Below, piece by piece: positions 20,846-31,786 of a stretch of DNA of 64,000 nucleotides. Every line of letters begins with the position of its first letter. Position 1 is the first letter of the stretch. A model generated the notes under the pieces. That model made no database searches, was not told where the DNA came from, and saw only the letters and a program-made list of their open reading frames with translations. The translations under genes were made by a program, and so were the position numbers. Source of the stretch: an uncultured virus (IMG/VR IMGVR_UViG_3300005663_000032) (Duplodnaviria; Heunggongvirae; Uroviricota; Caudoviricetes); the IMG/VR virus record IMGVR_UViG_3300005663_000032; one strand, written 5' to 3'.

Positions 20846-21787
20846 ATGGGCGAATACTATAAATTTGTCAATCTACAAAAAAGAGAATTCATAGATCCGG
20901 GACAGATTGGGTTCACCGATCCAGTTACTTCCGGTGGTCATAACATAAAAGAATCATCATTTAAATCGAATGTATTAGCTTCTTTTTGTATGTATCTATT
21001 ATTATACGGTGGAAATAATTATGATTGGGTTTACAGAGATAAAGAAGGAAACGATTTAGACAAACCCTATCGTAAGAAAGGCACTAAACCATATAGGGGT
21101 AGATGGGCCGGTGATCCGGTAATGTATCTTGGAGATTCATTAGATGCCAAAGATAGCATTAGATATTTTCAACAATTTAATCTAAAACCCGGCGAATACG
21201 TATATGGGTTGTCAGATCACGTTGGAAAGAATTTTACTGATATAACTCGACTTGCACTCGCTGAATTTCTAGAATATTCTGGAATGGATGAAAAATACTT
21301 TCATCAAAAAGACAATGACGGGTTTACATGGGATGATACCCACGATGTTGTTTATGAGCCACCAAATTTATTTGGTCCTTCAACCATGCACTTCATGGGA
21401 TGTGAAACCTTAACCAATATATTTGGCGAGAAAGATCCACCTGGAACTATTTTCGTTACAGAGGAAATGTTGCTCACTGAGGACATTCCAAAATACTTTG
21501 GTAATGAATCGGGTGAGTTCAATCAATGTGGAGAATGTTTTATCCCCTTCAGAATCAAAATGCTACGCAAAAATGTCGCAGATAGAGGTTCAAAAGTAAA
21601 GGACTTTGTGAACACCCGACTTAACATAATTGAAAGGGGTCTCACAAACAAAAATTATGCGATATTGCTTCGCGATCTGAATGTGCAGGCCGAACTCAGT
21701 GCGCTTGATGTTGGTCTTGATTTTTCAGAAAATATGGAGAATGAAGAAGACGAATACCAAGACTTTCTTAATTACTGGCTAAAATAA
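20846..21787 (+). CDS. conserved phage-type hypothetical protein
   Basis: MGEYYKFVNLQKREF and GRWAGD motifs resemble a widespread phage hypothetical family. Confidence 0.75.
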   Translation: MGEYYKFVNLQKREFIDPGQIGFTDPVTSGGHNIKESSFKSNVLASFCMYLLLYGGNNYDWVYRDKEGNDLDKPYRKKGTKPYRGRWAGDPVMYLGDSLDAKDSIRYFQQFNLKPGEYVYGLSDHVGKNFTDITRLALAEFLEYSGMDEKYFHQKDNDGFTWDDTHDVVYEPPNLFGPSTMHFMGCETLTNIFGEKDPPGTIFVTEEMLLTEDIPKYFGNESGEFNQCGECFIPFRIKMLRKNVADRGSKVKDFVNTRLNIIERGLTNKNYAILLRDLNVQAELSALDVGLDFSENMENEEDEYQDFLNYWLK

Positions 21788-21793
21788 TATTTC

Positions 21794-22021
21794 ATGTTTG
21801 AATTAACATTCGAAAACGTAATGTATACATTAATTATAGGGGTATTTATTTATGGATTCATCAGAATAATCTACGCATTATTATTATTCGGCAATGGAAG
21901 AATAAATAAAGTAGATGGGTTTAGCGAATGGACCGGGTACACTTGTAATTATTGTGGAAGGTTTATTGCAAAACCTTATAGAAAACTTCACAGATACAGT
22001 TGTAAAAGAAAGGAGAATTAA
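21794..22021 (+). CDS. membrane-anchored zinc-finger protein
   Basis: TM + CNYC...H...C. Confidence 0.75.
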   Translation: MFELTFENVMYTLIIGVFIYGFIRIIYALLLFGNGRINKVDGFSEWTGYTCNYCGRFIAKPYRKLHRYSCKRKEN

Positions 22022-22405
22022 AAAAAATGAAAAAAATGAAAATAGAGATTAATATGGATGAAGGAGATCTATCCCTTGCAAAAGAAATGATTGAAACATT
22101 GATGGGTGAAGATCAAGAAGAAGATAGAATATTACAAAATTTATTGGATCAATTAGTTTTTATGAAATGTCCACATTGTAAAATAGAATTAGATGTAAAG
22201 CAGATTAGGGATGACTTGAATGAATTAACATTAGATCAGCTGCCTACTGACTTTACAATAAATTGTCTTAACAATCATTTTCTTACAGCACATGTTCTTG
22301 ATATAAAATTTGTAATATTTAAATATCGGGGAGATGTCCTGGCGATCAAGGAAGACGGGACTTTAGAAGAGGACTGATGTGGGGTTACTATTTCAAGGTT
22401 AATAT

Positions 22406-23038
22406 ATGAATAAACTATTACAAAACATTATTCTGATAATATTGCTCACATATTCTGGCAACGTCTTATTCAACATTTATGAATATGAGCCAGTGATGCG
22501 TGATGAATACATTCACGAGGTGGATGACTCAACAATTGTATTGACTGAATTGACCAATTGTCAGAGATCATTGGGACTAATTCCACATAAAAACTCTTTG
22601 AGTTATAATGATACACATATTGGTCATCTATATACTGTTGATGTAAGTATTGAGTCAGATTGTTGGTATGTATTAACACCTGAAGAGGTAGCTGCAAGAG
22701 GTTATTCTTCTGGAAAATGGTATAATATTAACACAGTTCGATCAATTCCAATCTCTGAAGTATATTCTACAGAGGGGCAGAAAGGAACCGTGACATATGC
22801 TAACTGGGGCTATTTTACAGATATCCCTGAAAATGCATCAGATGAGGAAATAGTTAATATTCTAATTGATTATTCTATTAATATCTGGTTTACTAGCGAG
22901 ACAAAAGAAATTGTTGATGATTATCGGAATGGTCTGCAACGCACAGCATGGTGGGTTAGAATGGTGCTATATAGTATCATTGTTTTGCTAGCAACCCTAC
23001 ACTTGCTTATCAACATTCGTTACAGTACATACGACTAA
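22406..23038 (+). CDS. membrane/secreted protein
   Basis: N- and C-terminal hydrophobic segments. Confidence 0.75.
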   Translation: MNKLLQNIILIILLTYSGNVLFNIYEYEPVMRDEYIHEVDDSTIVLTELTNCQRSLGLIPHKNSLSYNDTHIGHLYTVDVSIESDCWYVLTPEEVAARGYSSGKWYNINTVRSIPISEVYSTEGQKGTVTYANWGYFTDIPENASDEEIVNILIDYSINIWFTSETKEIVDDYRNGLQRTAWWVRMVLYSIIVLLATLHLLINIRYSTYD

Positions 23039-23054
23039 ATATTTCGAGGTTAAT

Positions 23055-23432
23055 ATGGATTTAACAAATATAACTGCATATAAAAAATTAGGAGAATTTG
23101 TGCCGCAGTTTCTACACAAAGATCCGGAATTAGCAGAATATATGCGTCAGCTAAGAAATTCACTTATGAATTATTCAGATGATAAATTGTTTAATAACAT
23201 TCCACTTCCGAGTAAATTCTCAATGAGACAATCATGGGATGCAGCATGGGGTATCTTCTTACTGGTTATGAATGAGGTAATGGAAACAAAAATGAATAAA
23301 GCACACCTCTTATCTGCATTTAAGAAAATGGAACTTCTGACAGATGCATATAACGAGGACACAAAGGATAGTGATGACCCTTCAGATGAAATGGTGAAAA
23401 TCTTGGCATCTCGATACAAAGAACTTTTCTAA
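23055..23432 (+). CDS. hypothetical protein
   Basis: motif + GAGGT SD. Confidence 0.75.
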   Translation: MDLTNITAYKKLGEFVPQFLHKDPELAEYMRQLRNSLMNYSDDKLFNNIPLPSKFSMRQSWDAAWGIFLLVMNEVMETKMNKAHLLSAFKKMELLTDAYNEDTKDSDDPSDEMVKILASRYKELF

Positions 23433-23488
23433 TATTTCTTGTCCATAAGGACAGGTGAATTATTATTCCTTGTGACGGAATCACCACA

Positions 23489-23968
23489 ATGATCACAGAA
23501 GTTGGGATATTGGAATATATTCCTGAATATGTGAATCTGAGTGACAAAGAAAAACAAAAACTGATTGCGAAGATTAATGACATGCTCAAACAGAGAGGAC
23601 TCACTGCTGAAGACATTGATGTGTTATTTAGTGATGAAACTTCATTTGTTTTCAGAGTACGTTATAAAAACGGAGCAATTACAGTGAGAATCTCAAAAGA
23701 TCGAGTTATATTTGATTCATCGGCATTTACGATGAGTCAGACTGAACTTGACAAAGTTAAGGAAGAGATTCAGGAAGCCTTGATTAAAGCAGGCACAGAT
23801 ATTAAATTACCGCAGACAGTTGCAATTGCACGATTGAAACAAGCAGGTTTCAGAACGACAAAAACAAGACGGCATCACGGTAAACAATCTGTACGAATGA
23901 GAGTACCGGACAAATACAAAAAGTTGGTAATGAAGAAAAAGTTGGACCAACAGAGGTTAAAATCATAA
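23489..23968 (+). CDS. DUF1257-like protein (tentative)
   Basis: C-terminal ARLKQAGFR...GKQSVRMRV pattern; coupled to a DUF2997-like gene. Confidence 0.4.
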   Translation: MITEVGILEYIPEYVNLSDKEKQKLIAKINDMLKQRGLTAEDIDVLFSDETSFVFRVRYKNGAITVRISKDRVIFDSSAFTMSQTELDKVKEEIQEALIKAGTDIKLPQTVAIARLKQAGFRTTKTRRHHGKQSVRMRVPDKYKKLVMKKKLDQQRLKS

Positions 23969-24183
23969 TGGATATTGACGTCGAATATAACGACAGAACT
24001 GGAGAGTTAGAATTCAGAGTTGTCGGGGAAGGTACTGAAAAGGAAGCACGTGTGCTTTCAGAAAATCTCAAAGCAATACTTGGGGACATGCTTCCGACAT
24101 CGGTGAAAATCGAGAAGATGGATGAAAAGCATCGTCATGCGAGAACCAAGAAACAAAAACTCACTCGCAAACAGAGACATTAA
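23968..24183 (+). CDS. DUF2997-like small protein (tentative)
   Basis: DIDVEYNDRTGELEFRVVG...LKAILG. Confidence 0.45.
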   Translation: MDIDVEYNDRTGELEFRVVGEGTEKEARVLSENLKAILGDMLPTSVKIEKMDEKHRHARTKKQKLTRKQRH

Positions 24184-24202
24184 ATGTCTGGACAATATTT
24201 CT

Positions 24203-24589
24203 ATGACAACAATACAAGGTAAACAATTACAGATTAAATTGGAAGCAATTGATGGCAAACTCATAGGTGAATTACAAATCAATGAGGGACCAATTCCTGT
24301 AAAAAATGGTCCTATTGCCGACAAAATATTCCTTCGTGAATATAACAACGGGGATAAATACATTCTTTCATTGAAAATAGAATGGAATGATGGCGTTATT
24401 TATGAATCGATATACGATGAAGGAGTAGGTGAAGGAGCTGTAACTCTTGAAGATGTTAGAACAATGATTCTCACGTCATATGGGAGTACAGCAAAACAAA
24501 TCAACAAGAATACAATCCGTCTGGTAACCCCGCCGAGTTTAGAAGAGATAGTAGATGATTGCTATCTGTTCAGAAAAATGGGCTTTTAA
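24203..24589 (+). CDS. hypothetical protein (start corrected)
   Basis: motif-bounded. Confidence 0.7.
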   Translation: MTTIQGKQLQIKLEAIDGKLIGELQINEGPIPVKNGPIADKIFLREYNNGDKYILSLKIEWNDGVIYESIYDEGVGEGAVTLEDVRTMILTSYGSTAKQINKNTIRLVTPPSLEEIVDDCYLFRKMGF

Positions 24590-24912
24590 TATTTCATGTT
24601 AAATAAACGAAGTTTCGAAATTTTTATCAGATCAATTATTCCTGTCTTTGTTGGAATAATTTTGATAATTATATTTGGGATTCTGCTTATACCAAGGGCC
24701 TTGAAGGTCGTATATAGCCTATTATATGAGGATTTTTATGCACCTAATAAGGCAAAAACCTGTAAAAATAACCGATATCCACACGTGTTATCCCCAGATT
24801 TGACCGGCGTGGAGATATGTAAGTATTGCGGGTTAATCGTGCCGCCTCATATGACTAATGAAACACGAAAACAAAAAAACATCCCTCTAAAGGCATGATT
24901 TTTTAATATTTC

Positions 24913-25248
24913 ATGGCAAAACATCATTGTTCAAGTGATTGTGTCAGACATTATCCAGACAACGTCATGGATCGACAAACTATCTATCAATATCTTGTCG
25001 AAAACTTAGATGAGGAAACTATAATGGAAGAAGGAGTGGAACAGCTCACGAATTATTACATGACTCATCCTAGTATATTTGAACAAGACAAAATCTCTTT
25101 TGGAGTAAAGCCCCTTATACCTGATCTTTCAAAAGAGGATATAGAACAATTAGTAAATAAACTAATTGATGAGAAAGTCATGGACGCCAGCCGTTTTGGG
25201 TTGGCAATCGATACTACTACTGATTTTCTAAGAACTAGAATAGAATAA
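24913..25248 (+). CDS. hypothetical protein; core similar to 28463-28642
   Basis: IYQYLVENLD...YY vs IHEYIVENID...YY. Confidence 0.7.
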   Translation: MAKHHCSSDCVRHYPDNVMDRQTIYQYLVENLDEETIMEEGVEQLTNYYMTHPSIFEQDKISFGVKPLIPDLSKEDIEQLVNKLIDEKVMDASRFGLAIDTTTDFLRTRIE

Positions 25249-26134
25249 CTATTTCATATGCCTATACTATTAGGAATTATAGTAATCATGCTGGGGGGCT
25301 ATCTGACTATCAATTCAGTTCCGAAGTTTTTTGGTTCTAATGAATATAAATTTTTGAAGAAAAATAAAAAATATAAATTATATTGGATATTATTACTTTT
25401 CTTCTTAAACTTAATTTCGTATTATTATTATCAGAACGCATCACAAAAACCCTATGTTCTAATTACTATTCTCTCTCTTATCATATCATATTATGCAATA
25501 TGGGCGGTGTTATGGATGACATATCACCAAACCATACAATCAGAATAATTTTAATATTTCATGATTCTTATAAATAAGAGAGGTACAGGAATTTTCATTC
25601 GTTCTTCCAGTTATAATTATCGGATTTATTCTCGTAATTATTTATGGATTCAGTCAGATACCACGTGCTTTGAAAACATCTTATAGAAAATTCTACAAGG
25701 TATTCTATGAACCTCAAAGATGGGACTCTTGTAAGAGATATCCGCATGTTTGGGGAGAATGTCGATCCGAAATCAACCCCGATCATATATGGGGTGCATT
25801 ACAATGCTGTGTATATTGTGGGGCAACGCTCCCCAAAGATGCTGCTAATATGACGGAAAAACAAAAAGAACTTGGTATACAATATTAACTAATATTTCAT
25901 GTCAGAATCAAAACCAAAGCCCCAATATCGCTGTGCAGCTTGCCACACTGTTTGGGAGATGATAGAAGTGACTGATCCAATTCCCGAAATTATATCATGT
26001 CAGAATTTTTGGTGTTATGGGCCAGCTAAACGAACCGATCTTTGGACGCACAGAACGCATAAAAAACAACCAGTCGGCAGATTAATGTGGATACTTATCT
26101 TCTTGACTATTTGTTTTACAATATATAATATTTC

Positions 26135-26866
26135 ATGATTCCTACAATAAACGTAAAAGAAAAACTGGAATTATATAAAAATCACCGAATAAAAAAATTA
26201 GGTGATTCTCATTGGTTTTTTGCCGAACCGGGCACGCTTACTTACTCGACCACTGTATTATTATCTAGGAGTAGAATAATAATTTATGGAGATCTTGGCG
26301 ATCACATACTCGCAGTATGGACCAACAATGGCCCTCAATTATTATCATGGCTTAGAGGTGTGACAAAACGCGATGATGCAACAATATCTGTCCACGACAT
26401 AAATTATTTCTGTGGTAAATACAGAACAATGGAAAAAGAATTCAATGGTGATTTAACCAAGGAAAACATTATGGATCAGGTAAAATTAAAAATATTTGAA
26501 CCAGTGCTAGATCTTGGATATACCGATGAAGACATAAATTTATCTCGAGGGGAGTTCGAAAAACTAAATCCGGATTTAGAGGAATACGAAGAATGCCATG
26601 GCCGATGGACTTCGCTTCTCAATGATGGTTTTTTTGATAAATATGAATACGAATTGGGTAGTTGGCAATACATAGAATTTGCAATACCAAAAGACCTCGA
26701 AGATGAATATGATATCTCAATATCATTAGATTATGAGTCAATCGTATCAATATATCCTTATCAAGCACTACACCATTGGGCGATGCTCAAAAAATTAGTG
26801 GAACAAATCGATAAAGAAGATAATAGATTAGTTAATCGCATAAGGCGAAAATTAAGACTATATTAA
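26135..26866 (+). CDS. hypothetical protein
   Basis: 243 aa, motif-bounded. Confidence 0.8.
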   Translation: MIPTINVKEKLELYKNHRIKKLGDSHWFFAEPGTLTYSTTVLLSRSRIIIYGDLGDHILAVWTNNGPQLLSWLRGVTKRDDATISVHDINYFCGKYRTMEKEFNGDLTKENIMDQVKLKIFEPVLDLGYTDEDINLSRGEFEKLNPDLEEYEECHGRWTSLLNDGFFDKYEYELGSWQYIEFAIPKDLEDEYDISISLDYESIVSIYPYQALHHWAMLKKLVEQIDKEDNRLVNRIRRKLRLY

Positions 26867-26872
26867 TATTTC

Positions 26873-27580
26873 ATGGGTGGCACAGTCGCCGTCACTATCA
26901 TAAAAGATGGTGAATATATACAAATGAGTAGATGGACCAATTCAATGCAATGGTACATCCATCACCCCGAATTTCTAAACGGGGGTAAACAATTTGAAAC
27001 CTACATGAATGACTGGAAAAAATTACAGGACGAAGATCATTATTACGCCGCTTGGAAACTAATGGCTCCTATCGAATATGGGATTACCATAATTGATTTC
27101 GATCGTAAAGAAATTCACTCCAGACAGGATTATGCTCTTATTGGTAAAAAGCTGATAAACATGAATGGATACAAAGCATCATGGGAGAAAGATAGAGTCA
27201 AAGTAGAATATATCCCCAAGAAACCAACTTCGGGATTTTCTATGACATTTATGCCAAGCTCAGATGATGCTGAAATATTCCAAGCTATGTGGGATGCAGA
27301 CGAAGTTCAGGAAGTCCATGAATGGAGAAATGATTGCACAGACATTCTGCATATGGATGATTATGATAATTATCCTGCATTCAAGAAGGATGCGATCTTC
27401 AGATCTATAAATGAATTTGGAGGTTCCTTTATCTTCATTCCAAAAATGCGAGGTTTCAACGTGTTCAATTACGAACACTCAGAACTTCCAGAATTGTTTA
27501 AATTGGTGAAGAAAATATATTTTCTAACACCACAGGAAAAACGAGAATGGAAGGATTATATCAAAAGATATGATTATTAA
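26873..27580 (+). CDS. hypothetical protein
   Basis: 235 aa, motif-bounded. Confidence 0.8.
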   Translation: MGGTVAVTIIKDGEYIQMSRWTNSMQWYIHHPEFLNGGKQFETYMNDWKKLQDEDHYYAAWKLMAPIEYGITIIDFDRKEIHSRQDYALIGKKLINMNGYKASWEKDRVKVEYIPKKPTSGFSMTFMPSSDDAEIFQAMWDADEVQEVHEWRNDCTDILHMDDYDNYPAFKKDAIFRSINEFGGSFIFIPKMRGFNVFNYEHSELPELFKLVKKIYFLTPQEKREWKDYIKRYDY

Positions 27581-28220
27581 TATTTCATGGCCATTGAGTC
27601 TATTTACCGATTAAAATTTGAAATATCGAATGAATATTATTCATCGCGACTAAGAGCAATCAATAGATTGACCAAATTAGGATATATAATGAAAGAACAA
27701 ATTACTGATTTTGTGTCAGACTGGAAACATACCGAAAATAATAGTGAAATCTGCACTCTTTCAAGAGAGGTATTGAATCCTAAATACAAATAATATTTCG
27801 CTATGAAAAAATCATTCAAAGCAACTATTGAAACCGAAGAATTTGGACGAGATTTTGAAGATGATGAACTAGCGGCTTTCATTGTAGATAGATTGAGCTT
27901 TTTTTGGAAAACCCATAAAGTAGAAAAAATAAATCCTTTCATAGATCCTTACATAATAGATCCTGATGATTGGATGACAATCGATACACTACTACACAAA
28001 CAAAATCTAGAGAATCTACAAGAACTTCTCTCAGATGCAGAAATCGAATCTTTGGAGCGCATAAGAACCAACCTAAAAAACCATCTCAAAATTAAAACTG
28101 GCGAGATGATTCAACAAAGCCCAATGACTAATAAAAAATACAAAGTTACTATATGGCAAGATTTGGGCAATGATCTTTTTGTTTCAATAAGGAAACAAGA
28201 AATAAAATAATATTTCATGC

Positions 28221-28520
28221 ATGGCTATTTCAAAAATAGACACGGTATATTTAATTTTAAAAAATAATCCTAATAAGTGTTTCTCAGTTAATTCTTTGGT
28301 TGAGATAACCAATATTAAATATAATACAATAAAACAAGATATAAGAATCCTTTTGAGCGAAGGTATCGTTAAAAGAATAACAAGAAAAATTAAAACTGTA
28401 GGAAAACCACCTTATCTTTATTTTTATAACGATATAAAAAAAACAATAATATTAAATATTTCATGTCTGAAGAAGAAATTCACGAATATATCGTGGAAAA
28501 TATTGACATCGAGGGAATAA
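28221..28520 (+). CDS. winged-HTH DNA-binding protein
   Basis: SVNSLVEITNIKYNTIKQDIRILLSEGIVKR...KPPYLY; 3' end overruns the next motif. Confidence 0.65.
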   Translation: MAISKIDTVYLILKNNPNKCFSVNSLVEITNIKYNTIKQDIRILLSEGIVKRITRKIKTVGKPPYLYFYNDIKKTIILNISCLKKKFTNISWKILTSRE

Positions 28521-28642
28521 ACGAAGATGCAGTTTCTGCATTGAAAGAATATTACCTTAAGAATCTGGGCGCATTCAAGGCAGATAAAGCCCTATATAAC
28601 TTGGCCATCATAGAGGTTGAAGTAAAACCAAGTGTTGGGTAA
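28463..28642 (+). CDS. hypothetical protein (59 aa, absent from the ORF track)
   Basis: motif-bounded; similar to 24913. Confidence 0.65.
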   Translation: MSEEEIHEYIVENIDIEGINEDAVSALKEYYLKNLGAFKADKALYNLAIIEVEVKPSVG

Positions 28643-29284
28643 ATATTTCATGTCCGAAGAAATAGAATATAAGGCAAAAATAACCGAATAGAATTAACGA
28701 CAAAAGGCAGAAGAATAGAATCTGAGTGACATAAATATTTCTATGAAAATAACACTGACCGAAAATGAGATGAAAGATCTCACTACCACCGGGCGCCTCC
28801 TTAAAATGTTACGTCTCAGATTTCCTGATGCGGAATTTAAGATTGAAGGGGAACACATGGATAAATCTACTATTGAATTAATTCAAAAGAAAAGTAGGGT
28901 TCTAACAAAAGCATTGCACTTAGAGGAAACAAACCCTGAAATTGCGGCAATCGAATTTCTTAAATCCGCAACACTGGAATACGAAATCTTTCAAAAGATC
29001 GGAGATTTTACTAATTTAGAAAGTGCATTTTGGAGTATGCTAAAAATAGTCCAGTTGGAAACGAAATTAGATGTATCTGAACTAATGAAAGTTCAATAAA
29101 GCGGACAACTTCAACGGTTTTGGCATTTTTGTTCAATCTTATAAAACGATTAAAACGCGTTTTCAATGTCTTGATGCCATTCAGACCCGTAATTATGTCC
29201 GTCAAATGTTTGGATAAACCGCATAGTTGATACGCAATATTTATATCCGGACAGAAAAAATATTTCTTGCCACAAGGTGACCTT

Positions 29285-30661
29285 ATGTCTAAGAAAAAAA
29301 TAAGTGGTAGTGACTCCCTATTTATTGTAGACGCAATAGCAAGTGGAAATTCACTACTTAGAATTGAGGAACGAACTAAGAAGTTACGCATAAAACTAAA
29401 ATATGGGCGAGAACTTCCATCACTAACTGAGGAAATGGCAGATGATGTTGAATCTGAGGGAATTGTAATTGGCAAACAATTCTATAATAAATTCAGATCC
29501 AAAATCTTCACTATGAGGGATCATCTGGCCAATCATAGCCTTGGTTTTGTTTCCCGCAAGGGAGATGGCGCATGGAAACTATACGCAGACTTAGTTGAAC
29601 TTGAGGGGTATATTCTTACCCCGGCATCATTGGAAATCTTTCTCCAACATTTTAAGGAGAAGAAAGCTGAATATGATGCAGAATTAGAGAAATTCATTGA
29701 TGCATATCCAAATATAGTGGATGAAAAGACCACCGCCATTGCGGATTCATATATGAGGAACGTAATGGAAAATTGGATAAATTCAAAAATTCGTGGTGTA
29801 AAACGCTTTGTCACTGATAATGCGGAGGTCGCTGCGAATAAATCAATGGAATTTATTACAAGTTCTACAGTTGTTTTAACCAAACAATTTGAAATCGCAA
29901 CCTATACCGAAGGGGATAGGACAACTTCTTACGAAATATACACTCTGTCAACAGAGGAATTAAGAGACGCTTTTGATAGGATCTCAGAAACCATAAAAGA
30001 GGATCTGATCGCCACTCTGCCTGATGTAGAAATGCTGAAAGGTGAGTATTCAGTTGAAGTAAAAGTCGGGGTTCTCCCCAACTTCAAACAACTCGGAGCC
30101 GAACTCGAAGCACGAAAAAAGGCAAGACCAACCGATCAAGAAATGAATCCTGCAAGCAAATCTGTACTTGATGCTCTTGGAAAAGATGCCCAACCAATGT
30201 TGGATGCATATTCCATGAAGAAACGAGCAATGGAACAGGTTAATGCAGAATTTACTGCTCTTTTCAAAGCTGAAATTGCTTTGAAGCTCAGTGATCTGGT
30301 CTCAGATCTAGAGAATGAAGATAAAAAGATTACAAAATCTGTCTTCAACGCACTACTGGGTAAGAAAACATCCAAGAAAACTAACAACAAAATTGGTTTA
30401 TTGGATAAAATCGAATCATTGGAAATTCCAGGAGTCAGCAAGTCTATTGCAGGCTTAAAGACAAAATTAATCACAATGGAAAAATCATTTGCCGACAACA
30501 AAGAAGTCGATAAATCAATCCTTGCTGATCTGAAGAAATTAGCCGATGGTGTCGATCTTGTTGCAGAGCCAAACGCATCACCAGATAAAATCGATGATGT
30601 AGATTTGAATTCATTATTGCCACCACCTAAAGCTGATGATGATGATGATGATATGATCTAA
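29285..30661 (+). CDS. DUF3150-like protein (tentative; start corrected to ATG after AGGTGA)
   Basis: GYILTP...KKAEYDAELEKFIDAYPNIV resembles DUF3150-type proteins that accompany MoxR/vWA genes on mobile elements; acidic tail. Confidence 0.5.
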   Translation: MSKKKISGSDSLFIVDAIASGNSLLRIEERTKKLRIKLKYGRELPSLTEEMADDVESEGIVIGKQFYNKFRSKIFTMRDHLANHSLGFVSRKGDGAWKLYADLVELEGYILTPASLEIFLQHFKEKKAEYDAELEKFIDAYPNIVDEKTTAIADSYMRNVMENWINSKIRGVKRFVTDNAEVAANKSMEFITSSTVVLTKQFEIATYTEGDRTTSYEIYTLSTEELRDAFDRISETIKEDLIATLPDVEMLKGEYSVEVKVGVLPNFKQLGAELEARKKARPTDQEMNPASKSVLDALGKDAQPMLDAYSMKKRAMEQVNAEFTALFKAEIALKLSDLVSDLENEDKKITKSVFNALLGKKTSKKTNNKIGLLDKIESLEIPGVSKSIAGLKTKLITMEKSFADNKEVDKSILADLKKLADGVDLVAEPNASPDKIDDVDLNSLLPPPKADDDDDDMI

Positions 30662-30783
30662 ATATTTCATGGGTTGCTACAGAATCAAACAGATTTGTAG
30701 TTATTCAATTGATACGGATGAATATTCACTCGATTATTAAAATCGATTAGAGGTGATAAAAAATACCGCTTGATGAAACAAAA

Positions 30784-31314
30784 ATGAAAAAACTACTCGA
30801 ACAGATTTACATTGAGGAACATGACCAAAAACGCCTCAAACTAGTAAGTGATTATATCAGCAACATATTTGATAACAAATCTACTGCAAAACAACCAGAA
30901 TACATAGATGAGATCAAAACACTGCTGTTATATGACTCATATGCAGAGATCAGAAAATTATGTGTAGTCAGAATGTGTCCACACCCAAAACATGATCATA
31001 ATCATATACGTCTTTTACACATGGCTATTATGGCTGATGCTAATTTTGCAGTAAGAAAATTAGCGATCGATCAGCTGGCCAAGGTGACAGAGATGGAAAA
31101 CATTGCTTTTCTTACTGCACTAGTCGCTTATTCTGACGATGACGCACTGGCAAGATATGCCTTTGATGCATCTAAAGAAGTAGTAGATCCAAAGAATATC
31201 AATGCATTTGTCAATTCGATAATGAGTGAACTCACAGAAGAAAATTCTGAACGCAGACAATGGCTGTGGGATTTCGTAGGTGATAATTATTACAGAAACA
31301 AAAATAGACGTTGA
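30784..31314 (+). CDS. HEAT-like repeat protein
   Basis: DSYAEIRKLCV, DANFAVRKLAI. Confidence 0.7.
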   Translation: MKKLLEQIYIEEHDQKRLKLVSDYISNIFDNKSTAKQPEYIDEIKTLLLYDSYAEIRKLCVVRMCPHPKHDHNHIRLLHMAIMADANFAVRKLAIDQLAKVTEMENIAFLTALVAYSDDDALARYAFDASKEVVDPKNINAFVNSIMSELTEENSERRQWLWDFVGDNYYRNKNRR

Positions 31315-31768
31315 TTATCTAATGAATGAATATCCGAACTTATCACTCGATACAGTTGCAGATTTAATCGCACCAAACCCTCTCCGGAGGAAAGAAGCAG
31401 TTATTGCACTGGTCGAGGATACATTTGAATTATATGAACATATATTTGAGAATGATCCGGATGCAAGTGTTAGAATGGCAATATTGCACAAAATGAGGAA
31501 CAAACACGAACAACAAGAATTTTTAGTGGAGGTAATACTCAGTGGAGTGGAGCATCTGGTAAAGAGGATTGCATGGGGCTGTTTGAATCCACATGGGCTG
31601 ACAGTAATGCTAACTCAGGCACCAACACAAAATATGAAGGAATATGCCGCGGAATTATTAAACAAATTACGTGATAAACAAATAAAGGCAAAAGACCTTG
31701 ATATAGATGAAAAAATACAATATCTTGTCGACGTAGTACAAGATGAAGACGAATCAGAAATGATATAA
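31280..31768 (+). CDS. HEAT-like repeat protein
   Basis: NPLRRKEAV, NDPDASVRMAIL. Confidence 0.7.
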   Translation: MIIITETKIDVDYLMNEYPNLSLDTVADLIAPNPLRRKEAVIALVEDTFELYEHIFENDPDASVRMAILHKMRNKHEQQEFLVEVILSGVEHLVKRIAWGCLNPHGLTVMLTQAPTQNMKEYAAELLNKLRDKQIKAKDLDIDEKIQYLVDVVQDEDESEMI

Positions 31769-31786
31769 TATTTCTAAGGTGACGAT

